This document shows, in pieces, positions 20,479 through 30,578 of a stretch of 64,000 nucleotides of DNA. The stretch is from Nanobdellota archaeon (GTDB lineage: Archaea; Nanobdellota; Nanobdellia; Pacearchaeales; GW2011-AR1). The position numbers and the translations under genes are program-made. Where the stretch lies: assembly GCA_038045945.1 (NCBI GenBank), contig JBBSXC010000004.1:192001-256000 (forward strand), given 5' to 3'. Position 1 is the first letter of the stretch. Each line of letters starts with the position of its first letter. The notes beneath the pieces were generated by a model, which saw nothing but the letters and a program-made list of their open reading frames with translations, did not search any database and had not been told where the DNA came from.

Positions 20479-20616
20479 ACTTTTATTTTTTGTTTTAGAT
20501 AGAAATTTAATTATCTGCTAATCAACCCATTCTAAATAATGTTGCCTTGATCTTTTGTGGACTAGGTTTTTCTTTATGGCACATATAACGGTAGTATCTG
20601 TATTCACAACTACACC

Positions 20617-20853
20617 TCATCTTTCTTCACTTCTTTTTTCAAGATAAGCCGCAACTCCAAAAGCCGTAAGGCTAATACCTAAAACTACGGCTGTTGGGCC
20701 TAAAAGTTCCGGATCATAAACTTTTGCGCCCTGTTCGTTTGGACCAATAAAATCGCCAACACCCTTAAGCAGGCCATAATAAGTTCCAGCCATAACTGAC
20801 CCGCCAAATAGCAAGGCTAAGTCTAGCTTTGAGAGTCTTCTTCTTTCATTCAT
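20617..20853 (-). CDS. Small two-TM hypothetical protein
   Basis: 78 aa, two hydrophobic segments, GGAGGT Shine-Dalgarno upstream of the ATG. Confidence 0.6.
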   Translation of the reverse strand: MNERRRLSKLDLALLFGGSVMAGTYYGLLKGVGDFIGPNEQGAKVYDPELLGPTAVVLGISLTAFGVAAYLEKRSEER

Positions 20854-20915
20854 TTTTTACCTCCAAAATATTTATTCATTACTACCATGTACTCCTCAAA
20901 GCCTTTTGAATCTAA

Positions 20916-20936
20916 GTTGTTATTAAACATAACAAC
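20916..20936. promoter_or_regulatory. Perfect 8-bp inverted repeat, candidate operator
   Basis: GTTGTTAT-taaac-ATAACAAC between the divergent small gene and the TrmB gene. Confidence 0.5.
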
Positions 20937-20966
20937 AATTAAAAAGCTAAAAATCAATGTTTTCAT

Positions 20967-21695
20967 ATGGATATTTATGAACAGTTAGGAGAAGCTGGCC
21001 TAACAGGTAATGAATCAAAAGTTTACAAGGAATTATTGGTAAGGGGTCAGTCTTCAGCAAATAGGATAGCAAAACAACTATCAATGGATAGAACACTAAG
21101 CTATACTGTACTAAACCACCTAATAGAAAAGGGATTGGTGAGTTATACTGTAAAAGAAGGTAAAAAATTCTTTGAAGCATCAAATCCCAAAAATCTCTTA
21201 AACCAAGTAAAGAAAAAAGAGCTAATAATAGGAGAATTAATAAAAGAGTTAAGTAAAATAAAAAAAAATTCTAATTCGCCTTTAGAAATTAATGTGTATG
21301 AAGGAAGAGAGGGACTAAGGAGTTGGTTCAACTTCGTTCTAGATAAGAGTAAAGAGTTCTTATCATTTGGAGCAACTGGAAAAGCATTTTATGAACTTTA
21401 TGAAATGCCTGCACTAACAAAAAACGTAAAAAAGATGAAGCTAAAAGTAAGAATCGTAGGCAACAAGGAACATCAAAAAACAGAAGCATTCAATGTGCCT
21501 CATGTAGAATATAGGTATTTAGACGTTAAGTCAGAGGCAACAACATCGATATTTGGAGAATACATTTCAATACATCTCATAAAAGAAAAACCATTCATAA
21601 TACTAATAAAAAATAAGGAAATAGCAGAAAGTTACAAGAACTATTTTGAGGTCTTATGGTCCAGCGCTAAGAAATATAAAGTGGGGAAAGCATAA
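20967..21695 (+). CDS. TrmB family transcriptional regulator
   Basis: GLTGNESKVY...LIEKGLV HTH, VYEGREG, C-terminal IAESYKNYFEVLW. Confidence 0.9.
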   Translation: MDIYEQLGEAGLTGNESKVYKELLVRGQSSANRIAKQLSMDRTLSYTVLNHLIEKGLVSYTVKEGKKFFEASNPKNLLNQVKKKELIIGELIKELSKIKKNSNSPLEINVYEGREGLRSWFNFVLDKSKEFLSFGATGKAFYELYEMPALTKNVKKMKLKVRIVGNKEHQKTEAFNVPHVEYRYLDVKSEATTSIFGEYISIHLIKEKPFIILIKNKEIAESYKNYFEVLWSSAKKYKVGKA

Positions 21696-21714
21696 AATAT
21701 GGTCGTAAAGAGGT

Positions 21715-23883
21715 GTGAAAATGGCGTATAATGATGATGAAACAAGAAGAATAATAGAAAAGTATGAAAGAAAACTAGGAAACCAAATAAACCTAAGCAA
21801 CACAAGAACAAATTCTGGAATAGGGGGAGTAGATATGTCACGAGAATACTCACAATTCAAAGAAGAAATGATACCTCAAATATCAAGATACGAAAGACTA
21901 TGCAAAAGCCTAGGAAGCATAATAACAGTAAAAGTATCAAGCAAAGACGAAGGAAAAATACAAAGATCACTAGACATAGCACACCTAGAAATAACGCCGG
22001 GAGAATCATTTGGTCTGGCAATAATGGCATTACTAATAGTAATGATACTAGGAATAATAAGCGCGACAATAATATACCTACTAACAAACGAAATATCACT
22101 ATCATTTATTTTCTTATCATTCCTAACAGCAATATTTTTGTTCTATTACTATTACTCAACACCAGAAAGATTAGCAAACAAATGGAGACTGAAAGCAAGC
22201 AGCCAAATGGTACCATGCATGCTATACGTAGTAGCATACATGAAACACACAAGCAACTTAGAAAGAGCAATACAATTTGTAAGCCAAAACCTACCAGCAC
22301 CACTATCACTAGACTTCAAAAAAGTATTCTACGATGTAGAAACAGGAAGATACTCGAGCATAAAGGAAAGCCTAGACCATTACTTAGAAACATGGAGAGA
22401 TTACAGCATAGAATTCGTAGAAAGCTTCCACTTAGTAGAAAGCAGCTTGTACGAACCAGATGAATCGGAAAGACTCAGAATACTAGAAAGATCACTGCAG
22501 GTAATACTAGATGGAGTATACGAAAAAATGTTAAAGTTCAGCCATGAAGTAAGAAGCCCATTAACAAACCTATACATGCTAGGAATAGTACTACCAACAC
22601 TAGGGCTAGCACTACTGCCACTGGCAAGCGCACTACTAGGAGGAATAGTAAAATGGTACCACATAGTACTATTATTCAACATAATAATACCATTAGGAGT
22701 ATTTTATCTGTCAAGCCAAATAATGCTAAAAAGGCCAGGAGGATACGGAGAAACAGACACACTAGAAAAAAATCCTTATTACCCAGAATACAAATCAACA
22801 AGTCATTATTGGAAAGCACTAATAATAGTACTACCACTAATAATACTAGGACTATCACCACTGTTCATAACACAAATAATAGGACAAGACCCGAAAATGA
22901 CAGACCTAGGACTAAGCATATTCGGACCAGTAAAAGTTTTTGATTACCAAACAGCAGCAAACGGAAAAGTGACAGGGCCATTTGGGCTAGGGGCACTAAT
23001 ACTAAGCTTATTCTTACCATTAGGAATAGCAATGTTTTTCGCAATAGCATACAAAGCAAAAACAAAAAATTTGATACAGGCACGCGAAAAATCAAAAAGT
23101 TTAGAAGAAGAATTCGCAAGTTCACTATTCCAACTAGGAAACAGAATAGGTGACGGAACACCAGCAGAATTAGCATTCGGAAAAGTAGCAGAATCATCAA
23201 AAGGACAAATAACAGCAGAATTCTTCAACGTAGTAAACATAAACATAAAACAAGTAGGAATGAGCCTAGAAGAAGCAATATTCAATAATTCAAGAGGAGC
23301 AATAATATACTACCCATCAAACCTGATAGCAACAAGCATGAGAATCCTCACAGAAAGCGTAAAGAAAGGCCTGGCTGTAGCTGCAAGAAGCCTAATGAGC
23401 ATAAGCGAATACATAAAAAACATACACAAAATAAACGAAAGACTAAGAGATTTATTAGCAGAAGTAGTATCAGACATGAAAAGCAACATGACATTCCTAG
23501 CACCACTACTATCGGGAATAGTACTTGGGCTAGCATTCATGATAACAGCAATACTATCAAGACTAGAACTACTATTCCAAGCAGGAGGAGACCAAGCGAT
23601 AGAAGGATTCGGAAATTTGTCATCAATACTAACAATATTCGACCTAAAATCAATGATACCACCATACTTCCTACAAGCATCAATAGGAATATACATAATA
23701 GAAATAGCATTCATACTAACAAACGCGCTAGTAACAGTAGACTCTGGAGAAGACGAACTAAAAAAAACAAACGAGCTAGGAAAAAACCTAAAAACAGGAA
23801 TAATACTATACATAATAGTAGCACTAATATCAACAGTAACACTAGCAATACTAGCATCAGTAGCTTTGAAAGGTGTAGGTTAG
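21715..23883 (+). CDS. Pilus assembly platform protein (TadB/TadC, FlaJ-like; two T2SSF-like repeats)
   Basis: Two cytoplasmic domains each followed by TM hairpins (NLERAI; GTPAELAF...GMSLEEAIF); downstream of the ATPase. Confidence 0.82.
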   Translation: MKMAYNDDETRRIIEKYERKLGNQINLSNTRTNSGIGGVDMSREYSQFKEEMIPQISRYERLCKSLGSIITVKVSSKDEGKIQRSLDIAHLEITPGESFGLAIMALLIVMILGIISATIIYLLTNEISLSFIFLSFLTAIFLFYYYYSTPERLANKWRLKASSQMVPCMLYVVAYMKHTSNLERAIQFVSQNLPAPLSLDFKKVFYDVETGRYSSIKESLDHYLETWRDYSIEFVESFHLVESSLYEPDESERLRILERSLQVILDGVYEKMLKFSHEVRSPLTNLYMLGIVLPTLGLALLPLASALLGGIVKWYHIVLLFNIIIPLGVFYLSSQIMLKRPGGYGETDTLEKNPYYPEYKSTSHYWKALIIVLPLIILGLSPLFITQIIGQDPKMTDLGLSIFGPVKVFDYQTAANGKVTGPFGLGALILSLFLPLGIAMFFAIAYKAKTKNLIQAREKSKSLEEEFASSLFQLGNRIGDGTPAELAFGKVAESSKGQITAEFFNVVNINIKQVGMSLEEAIFNNSRGAIIYYPSNLIATSMRILTESVKKGLAVAARSLMSISEYIKNIHKINERLRDLLAEVVSDMKSNMTFLAPLLSGIVLGLAFMITAILSRLELLFQAGGDQAIEGFGNLSSILTIFDLKSMIPPYFLQASIGIYIIEIAFILTNALVTVDSGEDELKKTNELGKNLKTGIILYIIVALISTVTLAILASVALKGVG

Positions 23884-24022
23884 TGTTAAAATCATAAATC
23901 GTGTCAGCATGAAACAGCAACAACACTAAAAAGGAACAGTTTAAGAAATAATAGCTCCTAAAGAGTAGGTAATAAAGAAGAAATATTTATAAAGAAGAAT
24001 AAACACTCTAAAATAGAAGAAG

Positions 24023-27000
24023 ATGGTGAATCTAGAGAGGAATAATTATATTCTGATAATAACAATGCTACTAATGTTCCCATTAGTAAACGCGTTTGAT
24101 GCAAATTTCTCAAGCTCATCACCGTTCTTAGACTTATCACAAAACAACACGATAAATATAACAATAGGGGCAATGTCAAACAACATAACAGAAATAGAAT
24201 TCCGATATCAAACAAATCTTGCAGGTTCACCACTACCAGACTTATTCATAAATTCCAGCAACGGAACAAGCGCAACAAGCATAAACTTTTCAGATAACAC
24301 AAACTATTCTGCAACAATAACAAGAACATACTTACTAAACTTCACAAATTCTAGCGGTACACCAATAATAAATAACGGAACAACAAAAAACTTCTGGATT
24401 AGCGTTGCGGCAAGAAGAATGGACTCTGGAACGGGAGCATTATTATCATTACAAATAAAAACAAAAGACCTTAACGGGAATATAAACACCACAACAATAA
24501 GTTTTTTCCCATCATTCGCATTTACAGGGTACGTACTAAACGAAACAGCATGTGTGAGCTGCGGACAAAACGGAACAAACGTAAGCATTTACGGAGCATC
24601 ACAAACACAAAACGGCCCACCATCAAGCACACTACTAGCTTCAACAATGACAAACGCAAGTGGATACTTCAGAATAGCAAGAGTTAATGCCTCATCATCA
24701 TTTGGTGGATTCCAACTAAAAATGGTCTATTACAACGCAACAGGGACAGCAACAAAAACGGGAATGATAATGCCACAATTTCCATCATTCATGTATTACG
24801 GCGCAGGAGGAGATGGGGAGTTTGACATGTCACTAAACGGAGCAACATTCTACCTACAACAAGCATTCACAATTAACCTATCAGCAAATAACGGAACAAC
24901 ACCAGTAAGTTTCGGATACGAAATAGTGGACCAAGCATTAGGATTCCCAATAGAAAGCTCATCACAACAAAAAACGAATAATGTCCAAGTAGTAGTGCCA
25001 GCAAGCAGAGGATACACAATATCATTTTTCAGAATGCCAGCATTCCCAGGAAGCTCAATAGGGTACTCTAACGACCCTGCGTGCTTTGGAACAGACTTCA
25101 TGAATGACTCATTATGCCCCGCACCACCAAAAACTTATGCCATATCAGCAGCAAATGCGGTTGGAGGAAACGTATCAATAATTAACCAAAGCTTAATAAT
25201 AAGAAAAGTAAACCTGATAGGATGCTTAAACCCTGCTAGCGGAGTAAACAGTTCACCAGTGAACGTGACAGCAATAAATATTAAGATGTTACCATGGACG
25301 ACGAGCGCAGGAAGTTTTGTTCCACCAACAAGGGGAGATGACGGAAGAATTAATCTAACACAAAGCATCAATTACACAACAACCGGATGCCCATTCGCAT
25401 TCTATAACATATCAGTACTAAACCAAACAGGGTACATGCTAGAATTCTACGCTAAGAACGGGAGTGTAGAATCAGACAATCCAGGATCAGCAAACAACTT
25501 AGCATCATTCATTAACCTAACCTCAAACGACGAATTAAGAATGAATGGAACACTATACAAACTAGCAGGAACATACAGAACAACAAACCAGACAGGACTA
25601 GCAATAAACACCTCATCAATAAAAATAAATGTGATAAACTCCAGCGGAGGAGCAGTAACTACAAGCATTAACGCAAACATAAAAGTAAGACATACAGCAT
25701 CAGGAATAGGAACAGTATTCTACATGATCGACACATCAAGCATAAGCAACGGATCATTCTACCTGCCAATATTCAACAACTCAAACTACGCTAAAGCAAT
25801 GATATTCTCACAAAACGGACCACCAAAAGAAATAAGTTTAAACTTGAGCGCAACAGAAATAAACATAACAATGACATCAATGAGCATGGACAAAGGATTC
25901 AAAAAATTTAACTCCACAGGGGGATTAGACTCAACAAACACTACCAGTATACCAATAAGAATGAGATTCTTAAGAAACACCCCTGAATGTGGAATGGCAG
26001 ATGCGCCAAGCACATGCGTAATAACAGAAATGAACGCAAGCTCATTCAACCCACTAAAAGCATTACTAGCAGGAAAAGTTAACATGGAATTAAAAATAAC
26101 AAGCACTAATGTAACACTAATATACAAAGACTATGACATGATGAGCGCTAAACAACCACCAATGGAATCAGTAATGGGAGACAGCGCAGACGCAAGAGGA
26201 ACAACAAGTGGAAGTACAGCAGTAAGAGACACATGGAACTTTGGTTCTTTCGCGCCTGCAGACTCATACTCAAACGTAACAGTAATAATACCATACTCAG
26301 ACACCACAACAGCATCAGGATACATCAATGACTCAGCACAAGTAAACGTATCAATACCAGTACTATATGATGAGAACAACAGAGTAACATGGAATAAGAG
26401 CATGGGGAGTGATTACGTAAACTTATCAGATGACTTTTCTGCATACAACAGCACTTATTACAGGGGGCTAATGAACACTAGCGGAGTAATATGCCAAAGC
26501 GGAGGATTTAATGAAACATGCTTCAAGAACACAACAGGAAACTACCTAGCATTAAACATACCGCACTTCTCAACAATAGGAGCACAAATATCAGGAGCAG
26601 CAACAACAGCCAGCAGTGATTCAAGCAGCTCAGGAAGCGGCGGTGGAGGCGGCGGAGGAGGAAACGGATACCACACATACTCAATAACACAATACCAACT
26701 AGACTCAGGATACAACAAAGTATTATACGCTTACGACAAAATAAGAATGAACATTTCAGGACAATACCACAACGTAATGCTAATAAGCATAAGCTCTAGC
26801 GGAGCAACAATAAATGTATCAAGCACACCACAACAAAAAGTTTTCGCAATAGGAGAAAAAAGCAGTTTTGACGTAACAGACGACGGAAAAAAAGACATAG
26901 AAGTAAAACTAGAAAAAATAAATAGTACAAGCGGATGGGCAAACGTGACAGTAACAAGAATAACCACAACAAACAATTCTATAGTGCCACAAAACCAAAC

Positions 27001-27226
27001 AAACAATAATGCACAAATACCCCAACAACCTGCTAGTAAAGGAGTAGGGGCAGGAACATTAAGCGAAGAAAAAATAATTTCTTCATCAACATGGTGGACT
27101 ATAGGAATAATAGTAACAATAATAGTATTAGCAATAATTGTAGCATTACTAATAACAAAGTACCAACAATACAAAGAAAACAAAAACTCAAGAAAAGTAA
27201 GAGTTTACGGAAATCTAGCAAAATAA
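24023..27226 (+). CDS. Large cell-surface glycoprotein (S-layer/adhesin-like)
   Basis: Signal peptide, dense N-x-S/T sequons, SSSSGSGGGGGGGG linker, C-terminal TM helix and basic tail. Confidence 0.75.
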   Translation: MVNLERNNYILIITMLLMFPLVNAFDANFSSSSPFLDLSQNNTINITIGAMSNNITEIEFRYQTNLAGSPLPDLFINSSNGTSATSINFSDNTNYSATITRTYLLNFTNSSGTPIINNGTTKNFWISVAARRMDSGTGALLSLQIKTKDLNGNINTTTISFFPSFAFTGYVLNETACVSCGQNGTNVSIYGASQTQNGPPSSTLLASTMTNASGYFRIARVNASSSFGGFQLKMVYYNATGTATKTGMIMPQFPSFMYYGAGGDGEFDMSLNGATFYLQQAFTINLSANNGTTPVSFGYEIVDQALGFPIESSSQQKTNNVQVVVPASRGYTISFFRMPAFPGSSIGYSNDPACFGTDFMNDSLCPAPPKTYAISAANAVGGNVSIINQSLIIRKVNLIGCLNPASGVNSSPVNVTAINIKMLPWTTSAGSFVPPTRGDDGRINLTQSINYTTTGCPFAFYNISVLNQTGYMLEFYAKNGSVESDNPGSANNLASFINLTSNDELRMNGTLYKLAGTYRTTNQTGLAINTSSIKINVINSSGGAVTTSINANIKVRHTASGIGTVFYMIDTSSISNGSFYLPIFNNSNYAKAMIFSQNGPPKEISLNLSATEINITMTSMSMDKGFKKFNSTGGLDSTNTTSIPIRMRFLRNTPECGMADAPSTCVITEMNASSFNPLKALLAGKVNMELKITSTNVTLIYKDYDMMSAKQPPMESVMGDSADARGTTSGSTAVRDTWNFGSFAPADSYSNVTVIIPYSDTTTASGYINDSAQVNVSIPVLYDENNRVTWNKSMGSDYVNLSDDFSAYNSTYYRGLMNTSGVICQSGGFNETCFKNTTGNYLALNIPHFSTIGAQISGAATTASSDSSSSGSGGGGGGGGNGYHTYSITQYQLDSGYNKVLYAYDKIRMNISGQYHNVMLISISSSGATINVSSTPQQKVFAIGEKSSFDVTDDGKKDIEVKLEKINSTSGWANVTVTRITTTNNSIVPQNQTNNNAQIPQQPASKGVGAGTLSEEKIISSSTWWTIGIIVTIIVLAIIVALLITKYQQYKENKNSRKVRVYGNLAK

Positions 27227-27282
27227 AGAAAGAAAAGCATTCGAGAAGTCAGTTTTAAATAGTTACTAAATCTAAAGAAAAC

Positions 27283-27438
27283 ATGAAAGAAAAAAGGGGA
27301 CAAGAGACAAGCACACTAATACCATGGATAATAGCAGTAGCCATTTTAGGGCTAGTTATTGCTGGAACTATAATAATAAATCGTAGTGGATCTTCTGCTA
27401 TTGATGTTATTAAGTCGATGCTTGGAAGAGGTTCTTAG
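27283..27438 (+). CDS. 51-aa Flp-like micro-pilin (not in ORF track)
   Basis: MKEKRG/QETSTLIPWIIAVAILGLVIAGTIII...; TATA at 27254-27261; stop abuts the next ATG. Confidence 0.75.
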   Translation: MKEKRGQETSTLIPWIIAVAILGLVIAGTIIINRSGSSAIDVIKSMLGRGS

Positions 27439-28422
27439 ATGATTCGACACAAGGGCGGTCAGAGTGTAACAAGTTCTAAGCTAACTATCTGGGTAATCGC
27501 AGCAATAGTTTTGGTGATAGTTCTTGGGGGAATAATGAAGTTTGGAATACTGGAAAAAATTTATGGGATTTTCCCAGACTATACTGTTGATGATGCAAAT
27601 AATCTAATAAAATCTCAGGAAGACGCCGTGCCTATTCAAGAAAAGACTTCTGGTGACTGGGCTTCAATAAACGGGCGGATAGAGGACAAGGGGCATCTAC
27701 CTATTATTGGTTTAGAATTTGATATGGCTACAGGTATCTTAGAGTATGGAGACATAGCAGATAATGCTGTGTTCCGATGGAATCCTGATTTTATGGGAGA
27801 CCTCAGTATGCGGGGAAGAGTCCAAGTATACTTAAGATCAAACTTTAAAAAAGTTGATGCAGGAGGATATAGGCTCAGTCCAACATCTTACAAAGAAGGT
27901 TATGCTGACCTCCACGAAACTTCAAGAGATTATATCAACAAAATTATGAATTCAGACTCAGAAGAAGAAATGTTTGAGAATATTTACCAAGTAACAAAGA
28001 ACGAACCAGAACACATTAAAGTAATGCTACACTCAATTTACGGGGAATATTCAAGGCCTGCAAGAGAAATCTCTCTGCCAGAGTCTTACCAAAAACTTTT
28101 AACTCTAAGTCATAAAAACTACGTTGATGACGTTGATACTAACACCGAAGATGGAAAAATGATAACGGGTTATGAGCGGGTAGTCATATATCCTAATATG
28201 GTGCTTGAAGAAACGTTATTTGAAAAAAATAGTTGGGAAAAAACTAAATACCAAAATTTATACTTTTATTCTAAAGAAATAGACGCCTGGAATGGTAAAG
28301 AAAAGGTTTCTGTCTACCTGCTAAATAATAAAATCGCCAAGATAATAAGAGAATCTGCTGAAGGAAAATCCGAATCAATAGATTTCCATTATCTGATGAT
28401 AGAGAAAAATGATAAAAACTAA
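27439..28422 (+). CDS. Class III signal-peptide (pilin-like) protein
   Basis: MIRHKGG/QSV followed by a hydrophobic helix. Confidence 0.7.
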   Translation: MIRHKGGQSVTSSKLTIWVIAAIVLVIVLGGIMKFGILEKIYGIFPDYTVDDANNLIKSQEDAVPIQEKTSGDWASINGRIEDKGHLPIIGLEFDMATGILEYGDIADNAVFRWNPDFMGDLSMRGRVQVYLRSNFKKVDAGGYRLSPTSYKEGYADLHETSRDYINKIMNSDSEEEMFENIYQVTKNEPEHIKVMLHSIYGEYSRPAREISLPESYQKLLTLSHKNYVDDVDTNTEDGKMITGYERVVIYPNMVLEETLFEKNSWEKTKYQNLYFYSKEIDAWNGKEKVSVYLLNNKIAKIIRESAEGKSESIDFHYLMIEKNDKN

Positions 28423-28936
28423 CAAAAAAGGATTTGAACTACTAGGTGGAAAGACTGTGGGAATAATAATCGGCCTTTTATGTTTAATAGTCTTATTAAC
28501 TCTCGGAGCAAAAATAGCGGGCGTTAGATCCCAAGCAGAGACAAAAGAAAGAGCTCAAGGGATGATGAATGAAATAGTTAGCATAATGGAAAAACTAAAT
28601 GAAGGACAAAGTCAAGAATATTTCATAACTGCTGTTCATGAATGGTATTTAGTAAGGAATTTTGATGTCTACCCGAGATCATGTAACGGAGATTATGAAT
28701 GTTTTTGTTTATGCCCTGATGAAAGCTATGAATCTTGTTTCAGTTATGATATATGCAAAGCTCCATACTACATAACTCTAAAAAAACTTCCAAGTGATTC
28801 GGGCTCGGCTCGCACTCTTGAGTTACATTCCCCAGTCAAGGGGTCTGATGAGTTAAAACAGAGCCTTGTGATAACAAAAAACTCTGACGGCTATTTAATC
28901 ACTTATAAACCTCTGCTACAAAAAGTTTCAACATGA
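28409..28936 (+). CDS. Pilin-like protein with Cys-rich domain
   Basis: NKKG/FELLG plus hydrophobic helix; CNG..ECFCLC..C..C. Confidence 0.75.
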   Translation: MIKTNKKGFELLGGKTVGIIIGLLCLIVLLTLGAKIAGVRSQAETKERAQGMMNEIVSIMEKLNEGQSQEYFITAVHEWYLVRNFDVYPRSCNGDYECFCLCPDESYESCFSYDICKAPYYITLKKLPSDSGSARTLELHSPVKGSDELKQSLVITKNSDGYLITYKPLLQKVST

Positions 28937-29052
28937 GAAAAAAAGGAGAAGGAGACATGAGTCCAATTATAAAAATATTACTCTTGATAGCATTTGCTCT
29001 ACTAGCCGGGGGAGCAGTCTATGTTTTAGTAACAAAAATAATTGGAGAATGA
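28933..29052 (+). CDS. 39-aa micro-pilin (not in ORF track)
   Basis: MRKKG/EGDMSPIIKILLLIAFALLAGGAVYVLVTKIIGE; ATGA overlap with the upstream gene. Confidence 0.7.
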   Translation: MRKKGEGDMSPIIKILLLIAFALLAGGAVYVLVTKIIGE

Positions 29053-29081
29053 TATTTAAAGTTAGAAAAACAAGAGAAATA

Positions 29082-30137
29082 ATGGAAAGTAAAAAAGGGG
29101 AGCTTACATCAGGGCAAATAATAGTTGTGATAATATTAGTTCTAAGCTTTGCAGCAGTGCTATTCTTCTACAATCTTTTAGACTTTGATAAACAAGTAGA
29201 CCGAGACGTTTGTGAAGCTACAATAGCTGCAAGAGGGGCGGCGAGATATGATGAAATATTTGAGTTGGGCCCTACAAGTATACCTCTGAAATGTAAAACC
29301 GAAAAGTATTGTATCTCGGATAGTGAAAATCTTGATGGAAAATGCGCTGGTTTGCCTCAAACAGAAGACAATCCTGTAAAAGCACAGGTCCTAAAAAAAG
29401 AAGGATCAACGCTGAGAGAGGTGAGGGAAGAGTACCTTGATTTCTTATCAGAGCAGTTATACAGCTGTAACCAACTTTTGGGAGAGGGTGAAATAAACTT
29501 CCTGCCTACAAAATCTTGGGACAAAAGTTATTGCTTAATATGTTCAAGAATAGAAGTGGATGAGAAATACAGAGACGAAATAGGAAAAGTTACTTATTTA
29601 GAATTATATAAACATATGGAAGAAAAGATGGCGCTTGATGGAAAATCATACTTAGAACATCTGGGGATGATAGAAGCAGAAAAAGCATTGAGCAACATAC
29701 TTGAAAGCATAAAGAAAACAGCTGAAGACAGCGACGATAAACAATTTGCAAGTACAATGCAACGAACAACTTTAAACAACTGGTATCTACCAGAAGGACA
29801 ATTTGCAATAATATCGATGATGCATATAGATGGAAACTTAGAAGAAGTTGTATCTGGTGTCGGTACTGGAATAGCTGTGGGGGGCGTGATAATTGCAGGC
29901 GTATTCTCTGGCGGGGCAACTTGGGCAGCATTACCATTCCTTATAGGGGGAACAGTTGTAGGAGTAGGGGCGGGAGCAACAGCTGGAGGATTTGTTTATG
30001 CATTAGGGTCAAGAAATAATGACTTTGAAAAAGGCGACCAAGAAGGAGAATATTTCTATTTACCGCCAACAATACACAGCTATGACTCAAAAACAATCAA
30101 TGCTCTAGGATGCAACAGCTTTGAAACAGCACCATAG
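29082..30137 (+). CDS. Pilin-like protein with C-terminal glycine-zipper hydrophobic hairpin
   Basis: MESKKG/ELTSG plus hydrophobic helix; PLKCKT and CLICS; long Gly/Ala/Val segment near the C-terminus. Confidence 0.75.
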   Translation: MESKKGELTSGQIIVVIILVLSFAAVLFFYNLLDFDKQVDRDVCEATIAARGAARYDEIFELGPTSIPLKCKTEKYCISDSENLDGKCAGLPQTEDNPVKAQVLKKEGSTLREVREEYLDFLSEQLYSCNQLLGEGEINFLPTKSWDKSYCLICSRIEVDEKYRDEIGKVTYLELYKHMEEKMALDGKSYLEHLGMIEAEKALSNILESIKKTAEDSDDKQFASTMQRTTLNNWYLPEGQFAIISMMHIDGNLEEVVSGVGTGIAVGGVIIAGVFSGGATWAALPFLIGGTVVGVGAGATAGGFVYALGSRNNDFEKGDQEGEYFYLPPTIHSYDSKTINALGCNSFETAP

Positions 30138-30154
30138 GGGGTGGTTATATAAAC

Positions 30155-30577
30155 ATGCTATGCAAAAATAAAAAGGGGACAGAAAACTTACAATATCTTG
30201 TTATATACCTAATACTAACGATAGCTTTCTTCGCAGCAATGTTCATATTTGTCTATAGCTCCTCCTCAGGCCTTTCCTTTAAAGAAAAAGCCTACGCAAG
30301 ACAAATAGCACTGATTATAGATTCAATGGAGCCTGGAACAACAGTAACATTAAACTTAGATTACATGAGAATAATAGCTAAAGAGAGTGAATACAGGGGT
30401 CCAGTCGTGTCTTTTATACAAAACAAAGATGGAATAAACGAAATAATAGTCCAGCTATCACAAAGTAATGGGCATTCATACAGATACTTTACGAGAATAG
30501 AACAACCTCTATTCAATGACGCCGGAAACATTGTGGAAATAAAAACTAAAAACAAAATTATCGAGGCACGATCATAA
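30155..30577 (+). CDS. Pilin-like protein
   Basis: NKKG/TENL plus hydrophobic helix; YARQIALIID. Confidence 0.72.
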   Translation: MLCKNKKGTENLQYLVIYLILTIAFFAAMFIFVYSSSSGLSFKEKAYARQIALIIDSMEPGTTVTLNLDYMRIIAKESEYRGPVVSFIQNKDGINEIIVQLSQSNGHSYRYFTRIEQPLFNDAGNIVEIKTKNKIIEARS

Positions 30578-30578
30578 A

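Noticed and set aside
20522-20620. Short minus-strand ORF MRCSCEY...
   Set aside because: About 32 codons with no motif or independent support.
18172-23883. Archaellum operon
   Set aside because: No recognisable archaellin, FlaF/G/H or chemotaxis genes in the window.
23880-23928. 8-bp inverted repeat TTAGTGTT/AACACTAA after the platform gene
   Set aside because: Long unpaired spacer, single instance, compatible with chance.
26610-26670. GGC/GGA-rich repeat tract
   Set aside because: Encodes the Ser/Gly linker of the surface protein; not a separate element.
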